The notes below the pieces were generated by a model. The model was not told the DNA's origin. It ran no database searches and saw only the letters and a program-made list of their open reading frames with translations. The position numbers and the translations under genes were made by a program. From Basidiobolus meristosporus CBS 931.73 (Eukaryota > Fungi > Basidiobolomycota), in assembly GCA_002104905.1 (NCBI GenBank), contig MCFE01000708.1, positions 1-43,066 of the forward strand: a stretch of DNA of 43,066 nt. The letters are read 5' to 3'. Shown here piece by piece: positions 12,056 through 24,700 of this stretch. Within the stretch, counting starts at the first letter, position 1, and every line of letters begins with the position of its first letter.

Positions 12056-15000
12056 TTAGAAAGGTAAATTACGAGGCGGCGAATTGACATACTTGGAGTA
12101 GAAGAGGGGTCCGATGAACACGGCGAAGAAAAATACCAGCATAATCAAGAACACGACGCTGTAAATGATAACCCCGACGCGACGCTCACGGCGCTGTTTC
12201 AGCGAGTATATGGGCGGTCTGATTTGCCTGCTGGGGCGAAGCCAGAAGAGCATCATCGAATGGATTTTGTCCATCTTCGGAATGATACAGAAGGGGAACA
12301 GCACGAACAGAATAAGGTGCCCAATGACGAAGTCAGTTGCGAAGAAGGTCATCTCGATGATCTTGCACACATATTCTCGGAGAGGTAGTGAAAAGGCCAT
12401 CCATCCCATACCACGACCGAACCATTTGCCAGACCACCAGGCGATGTTCGACTCGTCTTGTCCAAACTCTCTGGTCAAGAATGCGGCCATCAGGATACGG
12501 AAAACGGCGCGGTGAATGAAGCAGGTTGCGATCATAGCAAGGATCGCATTAGACAGCTCCCATTGCTCCAGCCACCAGGCGAATACAAAGTCTGCACTGA
12601 AGAAAATGACCGCCAAGCCATGAGCAATCGACGCCATGAAAGAGCCAAAACGGTTGGTGAAGTTGCTGACAATGGGTCCAATGAATATGGATAAGATGAA
12701 TAAGACTATCAACGTGGCGGCATTGAAGGCTAAGGGCGCTCCGGCAATAACTCCAATACGAATGAACGCATGGGTTGTTCCTTTCGAGTTGACCGATACG
12801 AATGAGAAACCTATGGCCAGTAAGACAGCCAGTAGAACAGGTAGCATGAGCTCAATCATAAAGATGGCCGAGAAGCGCGCACGTGGCACACCTCCGCCCA
12901 ATCTACGTCTAGAGTCACCAAGTTTCTTGCGCTTGTATCCGGTGATTCGGGTTCGGGCGAGGCGACAATGGGCAATCCAGGAATTGTTATCAGATGAAGA
13001 GTTGCCAGAAGACAGCCAGCGGAGATATTCGCGATAGTCCAGAATGAAGTCAGAGAAGCCAAACTGGTGAGGGTTAAAGAAGAAGGGGGAGATAGTCAGC
13101 GCAATGGCGGAGTACCAGAAGTAGATGTAGTGAGGCATCCACATCGAGAGCGACAAGAACAGCAACAACAACAGGATACGCATTCCGAAATAGATGCTGG
13201 AGTTGGCGAATCGAGCGTACAAAATGGAGAATGGTATACGGGATGTTGCAAAGCCTCTACCAGTGCCGATGTACCGAGCTCCACCGAAACTCATGTTGGA
13301 GATAATGCTGTTGGCGTAAATCTGAGTAACGAAGACCTCGAAAAACGGTGACAGGGACAAGAAGTGCTTTCCGAGACGGGTGATGCTGCGAATGAACCCT
13401 TGCTCAGAGAGAACCTGCAAGAATAGTGGCAGGAAGGCGACCAGGAACATCATCAAGATAGCAATCACTGTTCTTTGAACCCAATGGATTACTGGTGAGT
13501 AGTCATAACATCCGGGGGGAGTTAGAATTCCCTGGAAATTATCGTAGTCACAAGGGGTGAGCAAACGTGCCAGGGATGACACGAACGTCAATGTCAACAG
13601 GAACAGCTGAACTGTCATCATCACCATGATGTTGTTGATGTGGAAGCCTGGATGTGCGTAGTAGAAGGTCAAAAACCTGTCGATGGGAAGCTGTGTGCCG
13701 ATGTAGTACTGTTCACGTGAGAGCATCTGCTCACCCATGCCAGTACCGATCTTGGTCACGAAGTTGAGCACACTGCAAAAGCCAAGATCACGACCCTTGC
13801 CACACTGGAAGTACTCCGTGTGCTTGATACGCCCTCCTCTTTCAAACGCATTCATTCCGGCGTAAATGTCCTCGTTCAAGTGTAAGCCTTTTTGTGCTTT
13901 GCTCACACCGCCTCGAGTGGTCATGAAAATGGAATTCAGGAAGTCTGGATGGCCATAATGAAGTTTGCCGCCGACCTTGGCCATGATTCTCCCGGTCAAG
14001 GTGCCCCATATCTGCTCCTTACCCGCAGCTACATCACCCAAGACACCAATGTTCTCCGAGAAAATGTATTCTCTGGCACCAACGATGGCAACTGGTGGTT
14101 TCGAGGGCACCGATTTGGGAGCGTAAGGGTCAAGGTCGGGCTCTTCAAACTGCTCGAATTCAGCGAGTACATTACGAATCTTGAGCGCCTCCTCGATATA
14201 GTTGTCCTGATTAGCGTCGATGAGCTGGAGATATTCACCCCTAGTGAAGATGATGGAATGGTTCTGATTGTCAGATTTGCCATCACCCAAGATCGGATTT
14301 CCGGGGAGTAGAATGCGATAGTTGGGCTTCCGTCTTCCGTCTGGGCCGATCTCACTGTATCCATCTATCAAGCAACTGAATATGCGGGGTGCTTCGCCTT
14401 CCACGCGTGAAGGCTCCTCCTCCAGGTAGGCAATCTGCAGATCTGGATACGAGTTCAGGAGAAAATCGACATTCTCCTGCTCCTCCTTGGAGAACTTCGC
14501 GAATCGCTGCATACTCACGACGAATCGGAATTTTCTCCGAGCCATCTCGTCGATTTCGTGCTCGAGTGTTTCGTTGAAGCCGCCGTGCTGCTGAACGATC
14601 TCGGGGTTCTCCACACGGTACAGCAACTTGAGCGCCTTGGAATAGTTCATGAACCCGGAGATGGTGCGATAGAGGGTTTGGGCTCGGAGGGACGCCCAGA
14701 TTCGGGTTCTCAGCGTGAATTCGGGGGAGGCCGACTTGAATCCAACACAATAAAACGGCAAATCGTCCGTACGACCTTTGGATTCGGCCTTGGTAGTGTC
14801 AGGGAACAGATGCACTTCATTGCTTGAGAACATCGACTTTTCCTCGGCCAAAATCTTGGTATCCTTGACGAAGTTGTCCCATTCGGAGGGGTGCAGCTTC
14901 TTGAGATATTCCAGAAGGGTAACGTGGGTGTACTGGTCGTCCTCGCGGATGATTTCACGAAGGGAGAGTAGGATCTTTTCTGCGTAGTGCGGGGTGAACA

Positions 15001-17539
15001 CCGTGAATGTCGGCATCCGTTCGACGGGGACGGCTTCGGGGATAGGCATCGACATGCTTTGCGCGAAGAATGAGATACGACGCTCTGCCTCGCTACCTTT
15101 CGGGAAGCAGTCCTGAAGTGGGAGCTTAGGATCAAGAAGAGCGGGGACCTGGAGGTTTGTAGCTCCCCCCTCGCCAGGCATCTGTTGGAATAGAAGGGCC
15201 TGTAGGTGATCAAGCGACAGCAGGTGATCCCGATACATCGAGATCACAAATGCATTCCAAATCTGGGAAGACAATGCCTTCGGCTTGTATTTGACATCCA
15301 TCACGCTGGTGGCAAGTAGCTTGCTGAAAATATGATTTGAAAGGCGCCCGAAGATATTCCTCCAGTTCGACCAGAAGGAGTCTCCAAGATAAAATGAATG
15401 GATGACACTAAATGCTGTGCTCCATACGGTGTACCATAAGTAGGTATCCAGGAAGAACAGGATCAGATCAAGAACTATCATCAGTATCATGGTGATGTAG
15501 ACCACGATGTAGCATAGAGTAGCAGAGTTGTTCACTCCGCACTGATTCTGCTGCACTTCATAAGTCGATCGTAGGGAGTCTCTGAAAGAAACGCTCAAGA
15601 AGAAGTAGCTCTCGACAAACTTGCAGGCAAATATGCACGCCCACAGCAGGAATGAAGTCAGTCTGTCACGGGAAAGCATCCTGGGGAAATTGCTAGTAAA
15701 GGTTCGGTTGGTAAGATTCTTGGATGTGCCGGTCTTGTTGTCACTAAGCAACCGGAACAACTTTCCGCTCGGGATGGTGGCGAAGACGAAAGTAGTAATC
15801 AGGGAAATGCCGAAGTGAACGCCGCCGACAATGAGTGCTATCTTGGAATCACGGTCGAACAGAAGAACATATAGTCCGGGGGCAAGGTTGACGAGGGTAC
15901 ACACCATGAGATAAACTAGTCGTTTCATCAGGATGTTAGAATTGACCCACGACGATGGCAAGAAGACGAACTCCAGTATGGTTCCGAAGATCATGATGAT
16001 CGATGCTAGGGCCCCTCCAAACCCTAGGACGGCGAAGCGGACGCCAAGTGGGGTGGACTCCTCATCCTTCAGAGTATAAAAGTAACCAGCATTGGCTGCG
16101 GTGTAATAGTAGAAGCCCACGATATGGATGATCCAAATTCTGGCGAAATTTAGCGCGATGTGGAGCCATGATCGCCGTTCCGAGTAGGTTTTTTGGAACG
16201 CAGATTTCCAATGAACCTGGGCCAACTTGTGATATCTTTGTGACGAATGGAAGTCCATCAGTCTAGTGGTACGATCCTGTAGCACAATCCGTTCGATTCC
16301 TTTAGGGGTCCAGAACAGCTCGTTTACATCGTCGTAACCAATGATCTCGTGGTGGTCCTTTTCTTTCCGTACGTATCTGCCATCTACGACTTCGTACTGT
16401 TGGTTGCGAATGAAATCGTAGAGCGGGCGAATGATATTCTCAAGGTATTCTCCCTCCACTGCGGGCTCTACTAGGGCTTGACACTCGGGACTGGTATAAT
16501 AATCCCATGCGAGCTTAAATACAAAGCATAGGACCTCCGGAGTAAATCTAATAATACAGGCTTCACCCCAAATCATCAAATACAAGGCAACCTGGCGTAC
16601 TCGATCGTACGGTGACATTTGAGCCATGCGATTGCACCACAGAACCTGTGCAGTCTCCAAGGAGTCCTGTGCCTCAATATCTTCCTTTGCCAATCGGCCA
16701 AATTGGGCGCTGGAGCCTTGGGTCTGGAAGTACTCTGGGTCGTCCTTGTCCAGATGTGCACAGAAGAACCATTTCTTGTAGTTTGCGTTCTCCCCGCCAA
16801 TGTAATCTGCATGAATGGTAACTAGAGCCTGTGCTGTGGTCATTCTGGAGGCTCTGGAGTCGAGCATGGTCATGAATGCGTCATACATGTTTCTCATGTT
16901 GTCCATTTGGAAGCCGAACCGCCTTTGCAGATCCTCAAAGATCTCTGCGATCTCCGCTTGACCAATAGGGACATCTCCATCCTTCCAAGCTGGCCAGGTG
17001 GCTTTCTTTCTTGGATTCTGGCTGAGTAGCTTTCCGCTGTGATCTGTGGTTGGGGCGTAGTTGGCAGAGCCCCAGGAGTTCCGTCTGGAAGATGTGCAAC
17101 TGTTTCCGGCATTTTTGTTACCCAAGAGAGCGACTAATGATTCGGTGGATGTTGCAAATTTGGCGTATCGACTGTCGTCAAAATGGCCTTGCATCATCGA
17201 AGCGAAGAGATTGTTCACGTCGACCTGTGGGGCCATGTATGGTGATCGAATTTGAGGGCTGTGTGCATGGATACTATCGCTGTACGTCGAGTCGCTCTCA
17301 TCGTCGACGTTGTATCGAAGTGGGTATCCATGATCGTGCTCAGCCCCTGGGTTGTGGTTGGAGAGATTTTGAGGCATGCCATGCTGAGCAGCAGGGTAGG
17401 CCTGATGTCTGGGAGGCTGCTGCGCGGGTTGCCCTGCGAATGGACCGGGTTGGCCTAGATTGTCAAGTTCAACAAGGCTGTTTTCGTTCTCACTTTGGGA
17501 GTGTTCCTGGCGAAATTCATTGTTGGGTTGGAAGGCCAT
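12056..17539 (-). CDS. FKS1: 1,3-beta-glucan synthase catalytic subunit (GT48), 1827 aa, intronless
   Basis: FKS1 domain (ALYLMIWGEA..RFTPEVLCF), EAERRISFFAQS, RIWASLRAQTLYRT, LGDGKSDNQNH, LIDANQDNY, GGKLHYGHPDF, LHLNEDIYAG, FQCGKGRDLGF, and many TM helices. Confidence 0.99.
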   Translation of the reverse strand: MAFQPNNEFRQEHSQSENENSLVELDNLGQPGPFAGQPAQQPPRHQAYPAAQHGMPQNLSNHNPGAEHDHGYPLRYNVDDESDSTYSDSIHAHSPQIRSPYMAPQVDVNNLFASMMQGHFDDSRYAKFATSTESLVALLGNKNAGNSCTSSRRNSWGSANYAPTTDHSGKLLSQNPRKKATWPAWKDGDVPIGQAEIAEIFEDLQRRFGFQMDNMRNMYDAFMTMLDSRASRMTTAQALVTIHADYIGGENANYKKWFFCAHLDKDDPEYFQTQGSSAQFGRLAKEDIEAQDSLETAQVLWCNRMAQMSPYDRVRQVALYLMIWGEACIIRFTPEVLCFVFKLAWDYYTSPECQALVEPAVEGEYLENIIRPLYDFIRNQQYEVVDGRYVRKEKDHHEIIGYDDVNELFWTPKGIERIVLQDRTTRLMDFHSSQRYHKLAQVHWKSAFQKTYSERRSWLHIALNFARIWIIHIVGFYYYTAANAGYFYTLKDEESTPLGVRFAVLGFGGALASIIMIFGTILEFVFLPSSWVNSNILMKRLVYLMVCTLVNLAPGLYVLLFDRDSKIALIVGGVHFGISLITTFVFATIPSGKLFRLLSDNKTGTSKNLTNRTFTSNFPRMLSRDRLTSFLLWACIFACKFVESYFFLSVSFRDSLRSTYEVQQNQCGVNNSATLCYIVVYITMILMIVLDLILFFLDTYLWYTVWSTAFSVIHSFYLGDSFWSNWRNIFGRLSNHIFSKLLATSVMDVKYKPKALSSQIWNAFVISMYRDHLLSLDHLQALLFQQMPGEGGATNLQVPALLDPKLPLQDCFPKGSEAERRISFFAQSMSMPIPEAVPVERMPTFTVFTPHYAEKILLSLREIIREDDQYTHVTLLEYLKKLHPSEWDNFVKDTKILAEEKSMFSSNEVHLFPDTTKAESKGRTDDLPFYCVGFKSASPEFTLRTRIWASLRAQTLYRTISGFMNYSKALKLLYRVENPEIVQQHGGFNETLEHEIDEMARRKFRFVVSMQRFAKFSKEEQENVDFLLNSYPDLQIAYLEEEPSRVEGEAPRIFSCLIDGYSEIGPDGRRKPNYRILLPGNPILGDGKSDNQNHSIIFTRGEYLQLIDANQDNYIEEALKIRNVLAEFEQFEEPDLDPYAPKSVPSKPPVAIVGAREYIFSENIGVLGDVAAGKEQIWGTLTGRIMAKVGGKLHYGHPDFLNSIFMTTRGGVSKAQKGLHLNEDIYAGMNAFERGGRIKHTEYFQCGKGRDLGFCSVLNFVTKIGTGMGEQMLSREQYYIGTQLPIDRFLTFYYAHPGFHINNIMVMMTVQLFLLTLTFVSSLARLLTPCDYDNFQGILTPPGCYDYSPVIHWVQRTVIAILMMFLVAFLPLFLQVLSEQGFIRSITRLGKHFLSLSPFFEVFVTQIYANSIISNMSFGGARYIGTGRGFATSRIPFSILYARFANSSIYFGMRILLLLLFLSLSMWMPHYIYFWYSAIALTISPFFFNPHQFGFSDFILDYREYLRWLSSGNSSSDNNSWIAHCRLARTRITGYKRKKLGDSRRRLGGGVPRARFSAIFMIELMLPVLLAVLLAIGFSFVSVNSKGTTHAFIRIGVIAGAPLAFNAATLIVLFILSIFIGPIVSNFTNRFGSFMASIAHGLAVIFFSADFVFAWWLEQWELSNAILAMIATCFIHRAVFRILMAAFLTREFGQDESNIAWWSGKWFGRGMGWMAFSLPLREYVCKIIEMTFFATDFVIGHLILFVLFPFCIIPKMDKIHSMMLFWLRPSRQIRPPIYSLKQRRERRVGVIIYSVVFLIMLVFFFAVFIGPLFYSKYVNSPPRNLPF

Positions 17540-19949
17540 GACAACAAAGTTCGATGAGCCTTTACTTCGGATAGGTTAGGAATAAATAGGACTGAATAAA
17601 TAGGCGATGCTACCCCAGAATGGGATTCTAAGTTTAGGGCAGAAGGAATATGGAACAAAAGAGGTATATGGAGAAGGTAAAGGTGCTTCAGCAAAATGCG
17701 ATTAGGTCGGAAAGTAATTCTTGCAGTAGTGGAAGTGGAGCTTAAATAAGAGCACGAGTCCCAAGCATAATTCGGTTGATATAGTCTATACAATATAACG
17801 TACATGATAGTGACTAAATAAAGAAAAAAAAGTGGTACCAATTCTATTGCCCAAAATAAGAAATATGAGAACAACAATGTTGACACCAATGAGCTGGTCT
17901 ACAGTATCATATTAATATCAAATCCCTTTTCCAGCCATCCAATCCGAGGAGACAAAAACAACATGGTAGATCCATGGACCTGAGTACAGTTACGCATTCA
18001 ATTTAGGTCGAAACACGTATAAGGCGAAAGGCGGTTTTGCTAAATATAGCATGACTAATTGTGATGTTACCGCAACAAAATTACTGGATTTATTGATGTT
18101 TTCATATAACTTTGAGATTACACCGCTGGCCTCATGAAAGTGTCAAGTCATTGGAAATGCGATATGGGAATGATTGGCCTATAGGGTTTTGGAGCTCGAA
18201 TCAAGAGATTGGGTAGTGATAGGTGCTTGTAGATAATAATTCGATGGGTATTCTACTGGGATGGGTGATGTAGCACAATATATTGCAAGGTTCCGCGAGG
18301 TCCCAAATTCTGTGGACAGAGCAAAGATCCGTGCAAAATTTTCAGCATCGCTCTACAAACAAGGCTCGGGCGTGCATGAGTTGATAGGAGTACGCTGGTA
18401 CGGAAGCACACTGGAGATGTCTCCCATTAGGCTGACCTGGGCCGAAGTAACCCAGAGTAACTTCCCGTCAATAAGGAACTTCGTGTGCCATGGCGATATC
18501 CCTATAGGAATTTAATGCCTAATTATAAAATGATGTGACGTGATGATGATCCCCTTCAGATCATTTGACCAAACGCTAAACCACTCCCTCATCATAGTTT
18601 AATATATCCCATCAGAGGCACTTCATTCGTCACCACGATGTAGATGACAAAAGCCATGGTTACCATTCATGATTAGACCCACACCGTTATGCGTAGCGAG
18701 CCAAAATTAACCTGTCCAGAGTGCGACACACATTTATTTATCAGTTGTTCATGCATGTGTAATTGCAGGACATTCAGGAAACAATGCCATTACCAGGTGG
18801 CATTGGAGCCGTGTCTTCGTACATTTACCAAGGCTTTGACAGGTAGGGGATATTTTTACTATTACGTGTCGTCATGCGCACATCCATGACCAAATGGAGT
18901 GTCGCACCCTCAAACCACTAGGCAATATGCTCGGTTAATAGCCACTGATGATGTTTACAATACCAGTGCCCGCCCAATCCCGCTCTAAGCCGCGTCTCTA
19001 AAAACAACCTGAGACTTCTGGACGAAGGCCACTCTGAATGGTTTCATCTCCATACGAAAGTAAAAATATTCGCTGTTTCAACGTGAAATCTTCGGTAGCA
19101 CTGCGATACAGTTTCTAGATGTCGCCGTGGCTGAGGTACCGATTTGCGATCAGTAGTGACACCATTTGGAGACGAGTGTCTAAAGAGAATTCTCTGTACT
19201 GACGATGCATTCTGATGAAACACAAGTTGCTTACCACAGCTCATATCGGCTCGCTGATGTCAGTTGGGCTGGGCTTGGTTTGCCGAGATCGATGGATGAC
19301 GGAGACTGTGGCGCGGACTCCGCTGCTGCTGCGCGCACGCACTTTCAGAAGCAATCCGAACATTCCTGTTCCAAAGCACGATGGTCGACACCTTGCAACT
19401 CGCATACACAAGATCTGCTTGATTATGAGGTATCACATTAACGTGGTTCTTGGCATGATGAGATCTGATAATGAACGGAGATATAATATTGAACCACAGT
19501 CCCCTGGCCAATAGGGAGACGCATCTCATCGTCAACATTCAATTGCCCAAATGGGACAAAACCGTGAGTCTATCACTAACCCAAAGCATTCAGGCCTGCA
19601 CCTGACGACTGGTGGATACTTTCTCGATTTGGGTTAGTTATCACAGGCGTAATACAGTCAATCCAAGCTCGGTTCACCTATGAAAACCACTTATCGAGCG
19701 AACCCATGCCACCGACATTTCATTTGTCAGTGGGTATTTACAGTTTGGCGACTGCCTATTAAGTGGATATCACGTTGCTAACCACGCTATCAGATGAAAT
19801 CTGTTCGCCAATGCATTTGCAATATTCCTGAGGGAGCCCAGTGGCATATTCATCTCCTTTCTTCAGCGGACATTCAACAGGATATGGCAGCAAGTAAGGG
19901 CGATGTCATATGCGGTAGCGCCTTGGCCATAGATTGCGTACAGAGGCGT

Positions 19950-20900
19950 CCCGGTCTATGGGGGGTACCTTTGAAAGTATCATATGCCTGATCTGTCAAG
20001 GTTGTTTTCATCGGCAACAGCATGGCGCTAGGCTTCAAATCAAATCTCTTAAACCGCGCGACATAGGGTCGAATGGTATATACGGTTTTCGGACCTCTGA
20101 GACCCTGACGAGACTGTATCAGGACTTCCCGATGTATACCCCTTGCTCGCCAATTGCCATCGTATCGAACGATATTGTAAACCTAGATATTCTCACAGTC
20201 AACAACTTCCAGCCCAGAACCATATTTGGTCACCAGATCAAATGGAAGCTTCATCAAGAATATCCCGTTAAGCCAATAGCGGCAACCCAACGGTAGGTAT
20301 TAGGGATTAATTCAACCTTTTTCAGGTTGGAGCCATTTTTGTATTAGCTGGATCATACTATTATCAAGTAAGCTTAAAGTATCGCAAATGCCCAGCTAAT
20401 TTTGGCGAGTATTTATAGACTAGCTCTGAACTTGTGTCTTTCCAACATCATACAACTCGAAGTTTTGGGGCTAGTTACATATCGTCGTTTACTTTTACTG
20501 TGGATAGCCTAATCAAGAGCTACCTCTAGCCGATAATTCCAGAAACATAGCCAGCAATGGAAACATTGGGATGTTTCGGTATGGTACTCGGTGGATGTTA
20601 TCTAGGAATACATCCAACGAAATGATACTAAATAGGAGATCTTGGCTTCCTTTTAGGTAGACCCTGGGCCATCGATATCTGATATGGCTGTAAGTAGCAT
20701 ATATAGCTTGCCTTGGACCTACTTGTAATAATACTCATGGCCTTATGTATTTGAGGTAGCTATTCTACTCAGAGGCTGGGCACATGTAATGCTAGCGGAG
20801 GCCTCTGTATGGATGTAATCCAATCTCCAGCTGTTTCTATTCCAACCCCTTGTTTTGAAGGGATAGTGAGGTGTAAGACTGTAAATCTAAGGTTGCCCGG
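19950..20900 (-). mobile_element. Possible degenerate LINE RT fossil
   Basis: Minus-strand remnants in RT order: QRPPLAL (~20810), GPRQA (~20715), SIISLD..HRVPY (~20620), RYFKLT (~20370), EYLGL (~20190); heavily disrupted. Confidence 0.3.
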
Positions 20901-21765
20901 CCAAAGTTAAACAGGGTACAGGCTGCAGAACATCGCCTCTACGGCACCATAATCTCAATCATACGGCAAGCTTTCATCCGAATCTATTTATTGTGCCGAT
21001 AACCCTTCTCCACACCCAAGACTTGGGACATTATTGTGAGTAAGAGGACTGATATCATGCGGCTCATGTAGGACGAATATCGATCCAATATTTAATGGAC
21101 TACGAAATGTGCAATTCACTTCTATTGAGAAATTTGTCGAGCAGAGCTATATTAATCTGACTCAGTACCGCCGCGGATGTTAATTCTAGGCTGGGTGGCG
21201 TTGGGTCCCGAGAATAATGTAAACAAGATTTCTCAGCTAATGGTAAATAAGCTGGCGAATCGTTGGTAGTCCCCGTTGGAGAAGTCCGCTTACCTACTCG
21301 AAAAAAGATTATTTAAGAGAAGGGACAGGTGGTATTTCCTTAATCAGTACGCGATAGAGGCAACAATCACAAAGATCCTCTTAATAAAGCTTGCGTTAGC
21401 ATTAATATAATACAGTTTGACCTAATCATATGTCTTAACTTTTTTTCGTATAGGACTTGCATGCTTCCACCCGAGATATTTATCAGCACTCTAGTGTACG
21501 CCCTTCCCTTCCTTCTAACCTCTAAACCCAACGTATCTCCAAAGCGCAATTCATTCGCTCGTTAATATAACCCAAATCATAAAACGACTCTTTAAATAAC
21601 TCCTCGTACATACCTCAGTAATCATAATTTGACTTCAATATCAAAGCTTTAAGTAAGGTTTTCAATATGCTCCATAGATATATTTACTTACTCCATACCT
21701 GCGAATGATCCAGTTTGATACGCTTTTCTCGTCACTAATATCGGCACATACTGGTTGAGTTACAT

Positions 21766-24700
21766 ATGCCACGTACAAAGTCAACATCGACTAAACGCAG
21801 TCTGAGCCTTACGCATACCTCATGGGTGTTTAGTAAGCCTCCACCGCTGCCAGAAGCGTTAAGCCAGGAAAATGTTATACAAACGCGGATGGCAGACTCA
21901 GTGTCCCACTCAGCATTAGAAACATTGTCGTTATTGCAAGTCAGTGTAGACAAGGGAACGGGTAGACCAGAAACCACTGAGAATACCCTCTATGCTGAAA
22001 ACTTATCCGAGTCGCCTACATCGTATAATACATTTTTTGGCAGCAATGAGAACGATGATCAGGGTGAGGATGGCCAACAACCTGCTCAGGCAGAGGATAT
22101 CACACCCTCTGTGCCGGTTGCATGCAACACCTCACTTAGTGTTAAATATACTTCCACTTTCAGTTCGTCCACAAGCTTGACTTCAGATGTATCAGGTGTT
22201 CACACACCATCGTTTTGTGGAAGTTTTGAGCAGCCCACGCCAATAGAAAGCGAGTACTCCCTTAACATGGCGTCGCTCAACCTCGCTAACCAGAAGCTTA
22301 GCCAGGCGAAGAGGATGCACAGGACCTCGGCGCCGACAATTCAACTTCAATTTGGTGATGACTGGAATACAGATAATGATTCACACACCTTTACTAAACC
22401 CAACAGCGCACAAGTGGAGGATCACGATACCCTTGAGCCCGGAAACAATCCCACTGAAACCCATGAAAAATCGTACCAGATTGCTCAAGAGATCTTGAAC
22501 AGTGAGAGGACATATGTGAAAGGGCTCCTGATGATTCAAAAGGTAATTCACCTAGCATGTTTGTCGAGCGGTTGTCTAACAGGATGGGTCAGGTTTTTTT
22601 GTGCCCATTGTTGGAATCACTGGCCACCGAAAGTCCGATTCTACCGCGGAACTCAATCACCCGGATATTCTCCAACATTCTCGACATTGTAAACCTAAAC
22701 AGAGAGTTGCTAAAACAGTTGGAGGAGCAGATCGCAACCTCGCCGCCGAGCCAGGTTTCTGCAAAGATTGCCAAGATCTTTCTGGATATTGTTAGTCCCT
22801 TTTGTCACTTCCGCCAATGCCAACTCTAAGCTGATCCTCCTCAGTCTCCTTTCCTTAAAATGTACTCTATGTACGCACGAAACTTCAGTAATGCCATAAC
22901 CACCGTGTCCACCCATTCCAACCAGAATTCCGCTTTTGCCAGATTCATCTCCGTAAGGCTCCTTGTCTTTACTCTACGCCCACGGCTCGACACCTAACAC
23001 CCCCTCAAACCCGCAGGTAGCAAATGACCTCCCGGAGTGTGGCTCGCTTCGCTTCGAAAGTCACCTGATCCTGCCAGTGCAGCGTATCCCTCGGTAATTC
23101 TCGCCAAACAGCATCCTCGCGGAATCCCATATTCTCATGTTGCGTTATTTAGCTACGAGATGCTGCTGAGGCAACTGATGAAAAGCGTTGGCAACGAACA
23201 CCCTGACTATGCGTCGTTAACTAAAGCGTTGCATTATGTTGAAGACGGTACCGTACATCCTTTGCGTTCTGTTCGAGTCGGTTCCCTAACATTGGCCCGC
23301 CTCAGTGGCGAAGTATGTGAATGAGATGATTCGAGCTGGCGAGCAGTCCATCATCATGATTCAGATCCAAAAGTCCCTCACAGGGTTGTCCGAGGTAGAA
23401 ATTCCCGAGTAGCTTCAGTTGCCTCAGTGGTCGCTAACTCTTAGAGATCATCAGAACCTCTTCGTGCCAGGAAGAACGTTCATTCACCGAGGATCTGCAA
23501 AAAAAGTATATGATCTTGAGTTCAGTCGCCTCGCCGTGTATCTAATGACTATAGTATAGATCTGCCGGAAAAGCCACCAGCTGCGAAAGTTCTTCCTATT
23601 CACCGATATCCTAATCTACGCCAGCCCCAGTATTGTGGGGGGCTCGTATTCATTTAAGCGTAAGTTGTCGCTGCGTGAGCTTCACATATCCGATATTCCA
23701 GACGAAGAAGGTAATGCTATCCATGGCTTCCTTTTCAGGGATCCTACTAAGGTATCTCATCTATAGGGGAGCCGAACAACCGTTTCAAGATCAGCAGCCG
23801 CGAAAAGTCCTTTGTACTCTATGTTGGTAGGTGATTCATTGCAGTCGTGTTGGTATATGCTCGCTTCATTGAGTCTCTGCCCAGAACATCCCAAACAGAA
23901 GGAGGAGTGGATCAACCTGGTCCAGTCGGCCATTCAGAATTTGCAGGGGTCAATAGTACCTGACGGAAACATAAATCCCTCTAACATACCGGCCGAGTTC
24001 AAAGAGCATCTAAAGGAAACCATCTTTAGGCAGCAGGTTACGGAGCCCGCTATAGTCAAGGATTACTATTCTCCAGTTTGGGTAAGGAGGTTTGGCTCTG
24101 GGGCGTCCAAGAACCTATGCTAAAATCCTCCTCAGGTTCCTGATAGTGAGGCATCGAATTGCGCATGTTGCAATGAGCCATTCAACCCAGTCACTCGTCG
24201 CAGACATCATTGCAGGTAATGGCTGGGCTGCCACTAATTACCGAACTCGATATTAATCAGCTATTCACTTCAGATTGTGTGGAAAGGTGATTTGCCATGG
24301 CTGTTCTTCAAAGGTACCTTGTTTCTGACCGAACCGCCCTGAGGCAATCTAACGGCTATCCCAGAGATTCGTAATTCCTGGCAAATACGGGGACGACTAC
24401 AGAATCGAGAGGATATGTGACCCTTGCTACAACGTAAAATTCGACGACCAGACCCAACAGGACTTCTCTGCAGCACCACCCGCTCAGCGGGTAAAAAATA
24501 AGCGTATCAAAGAGCTGGCAATCCCCGATAAAAACGCGGAGAATCGACGACATAGCTTCATCTCGGAATTCTCGAGAGTGATTAACCCGGATGGAAAGGG
24601 CGGCATTATTGATTCGATTCGGTCGCAGAGAGTACGTGGTGGAATCAAACTTGTCGCAGTGCTAGTGCTGACATGTTCTCTTATTAGACAAGAGCGATGA

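Noticed and set aside
12165-17541. Many ORFs antisense or out of frame to FKS1
   Set aside because: Shadow ORFs caused by the codon bias of a long GC-rich CDS.
17455-17889. 144-aa hydrophobic ORF upstream of FKS1
   Set aside because: Pyrimidine-rich leader/promoter sequence, overlaps the FKS1 start in another frame, no family motif.
18557-18595. Minus-strand ATGATGA...CTGA pair
   Set aside because: About 40 nt, too short for a C/D snoRNA.
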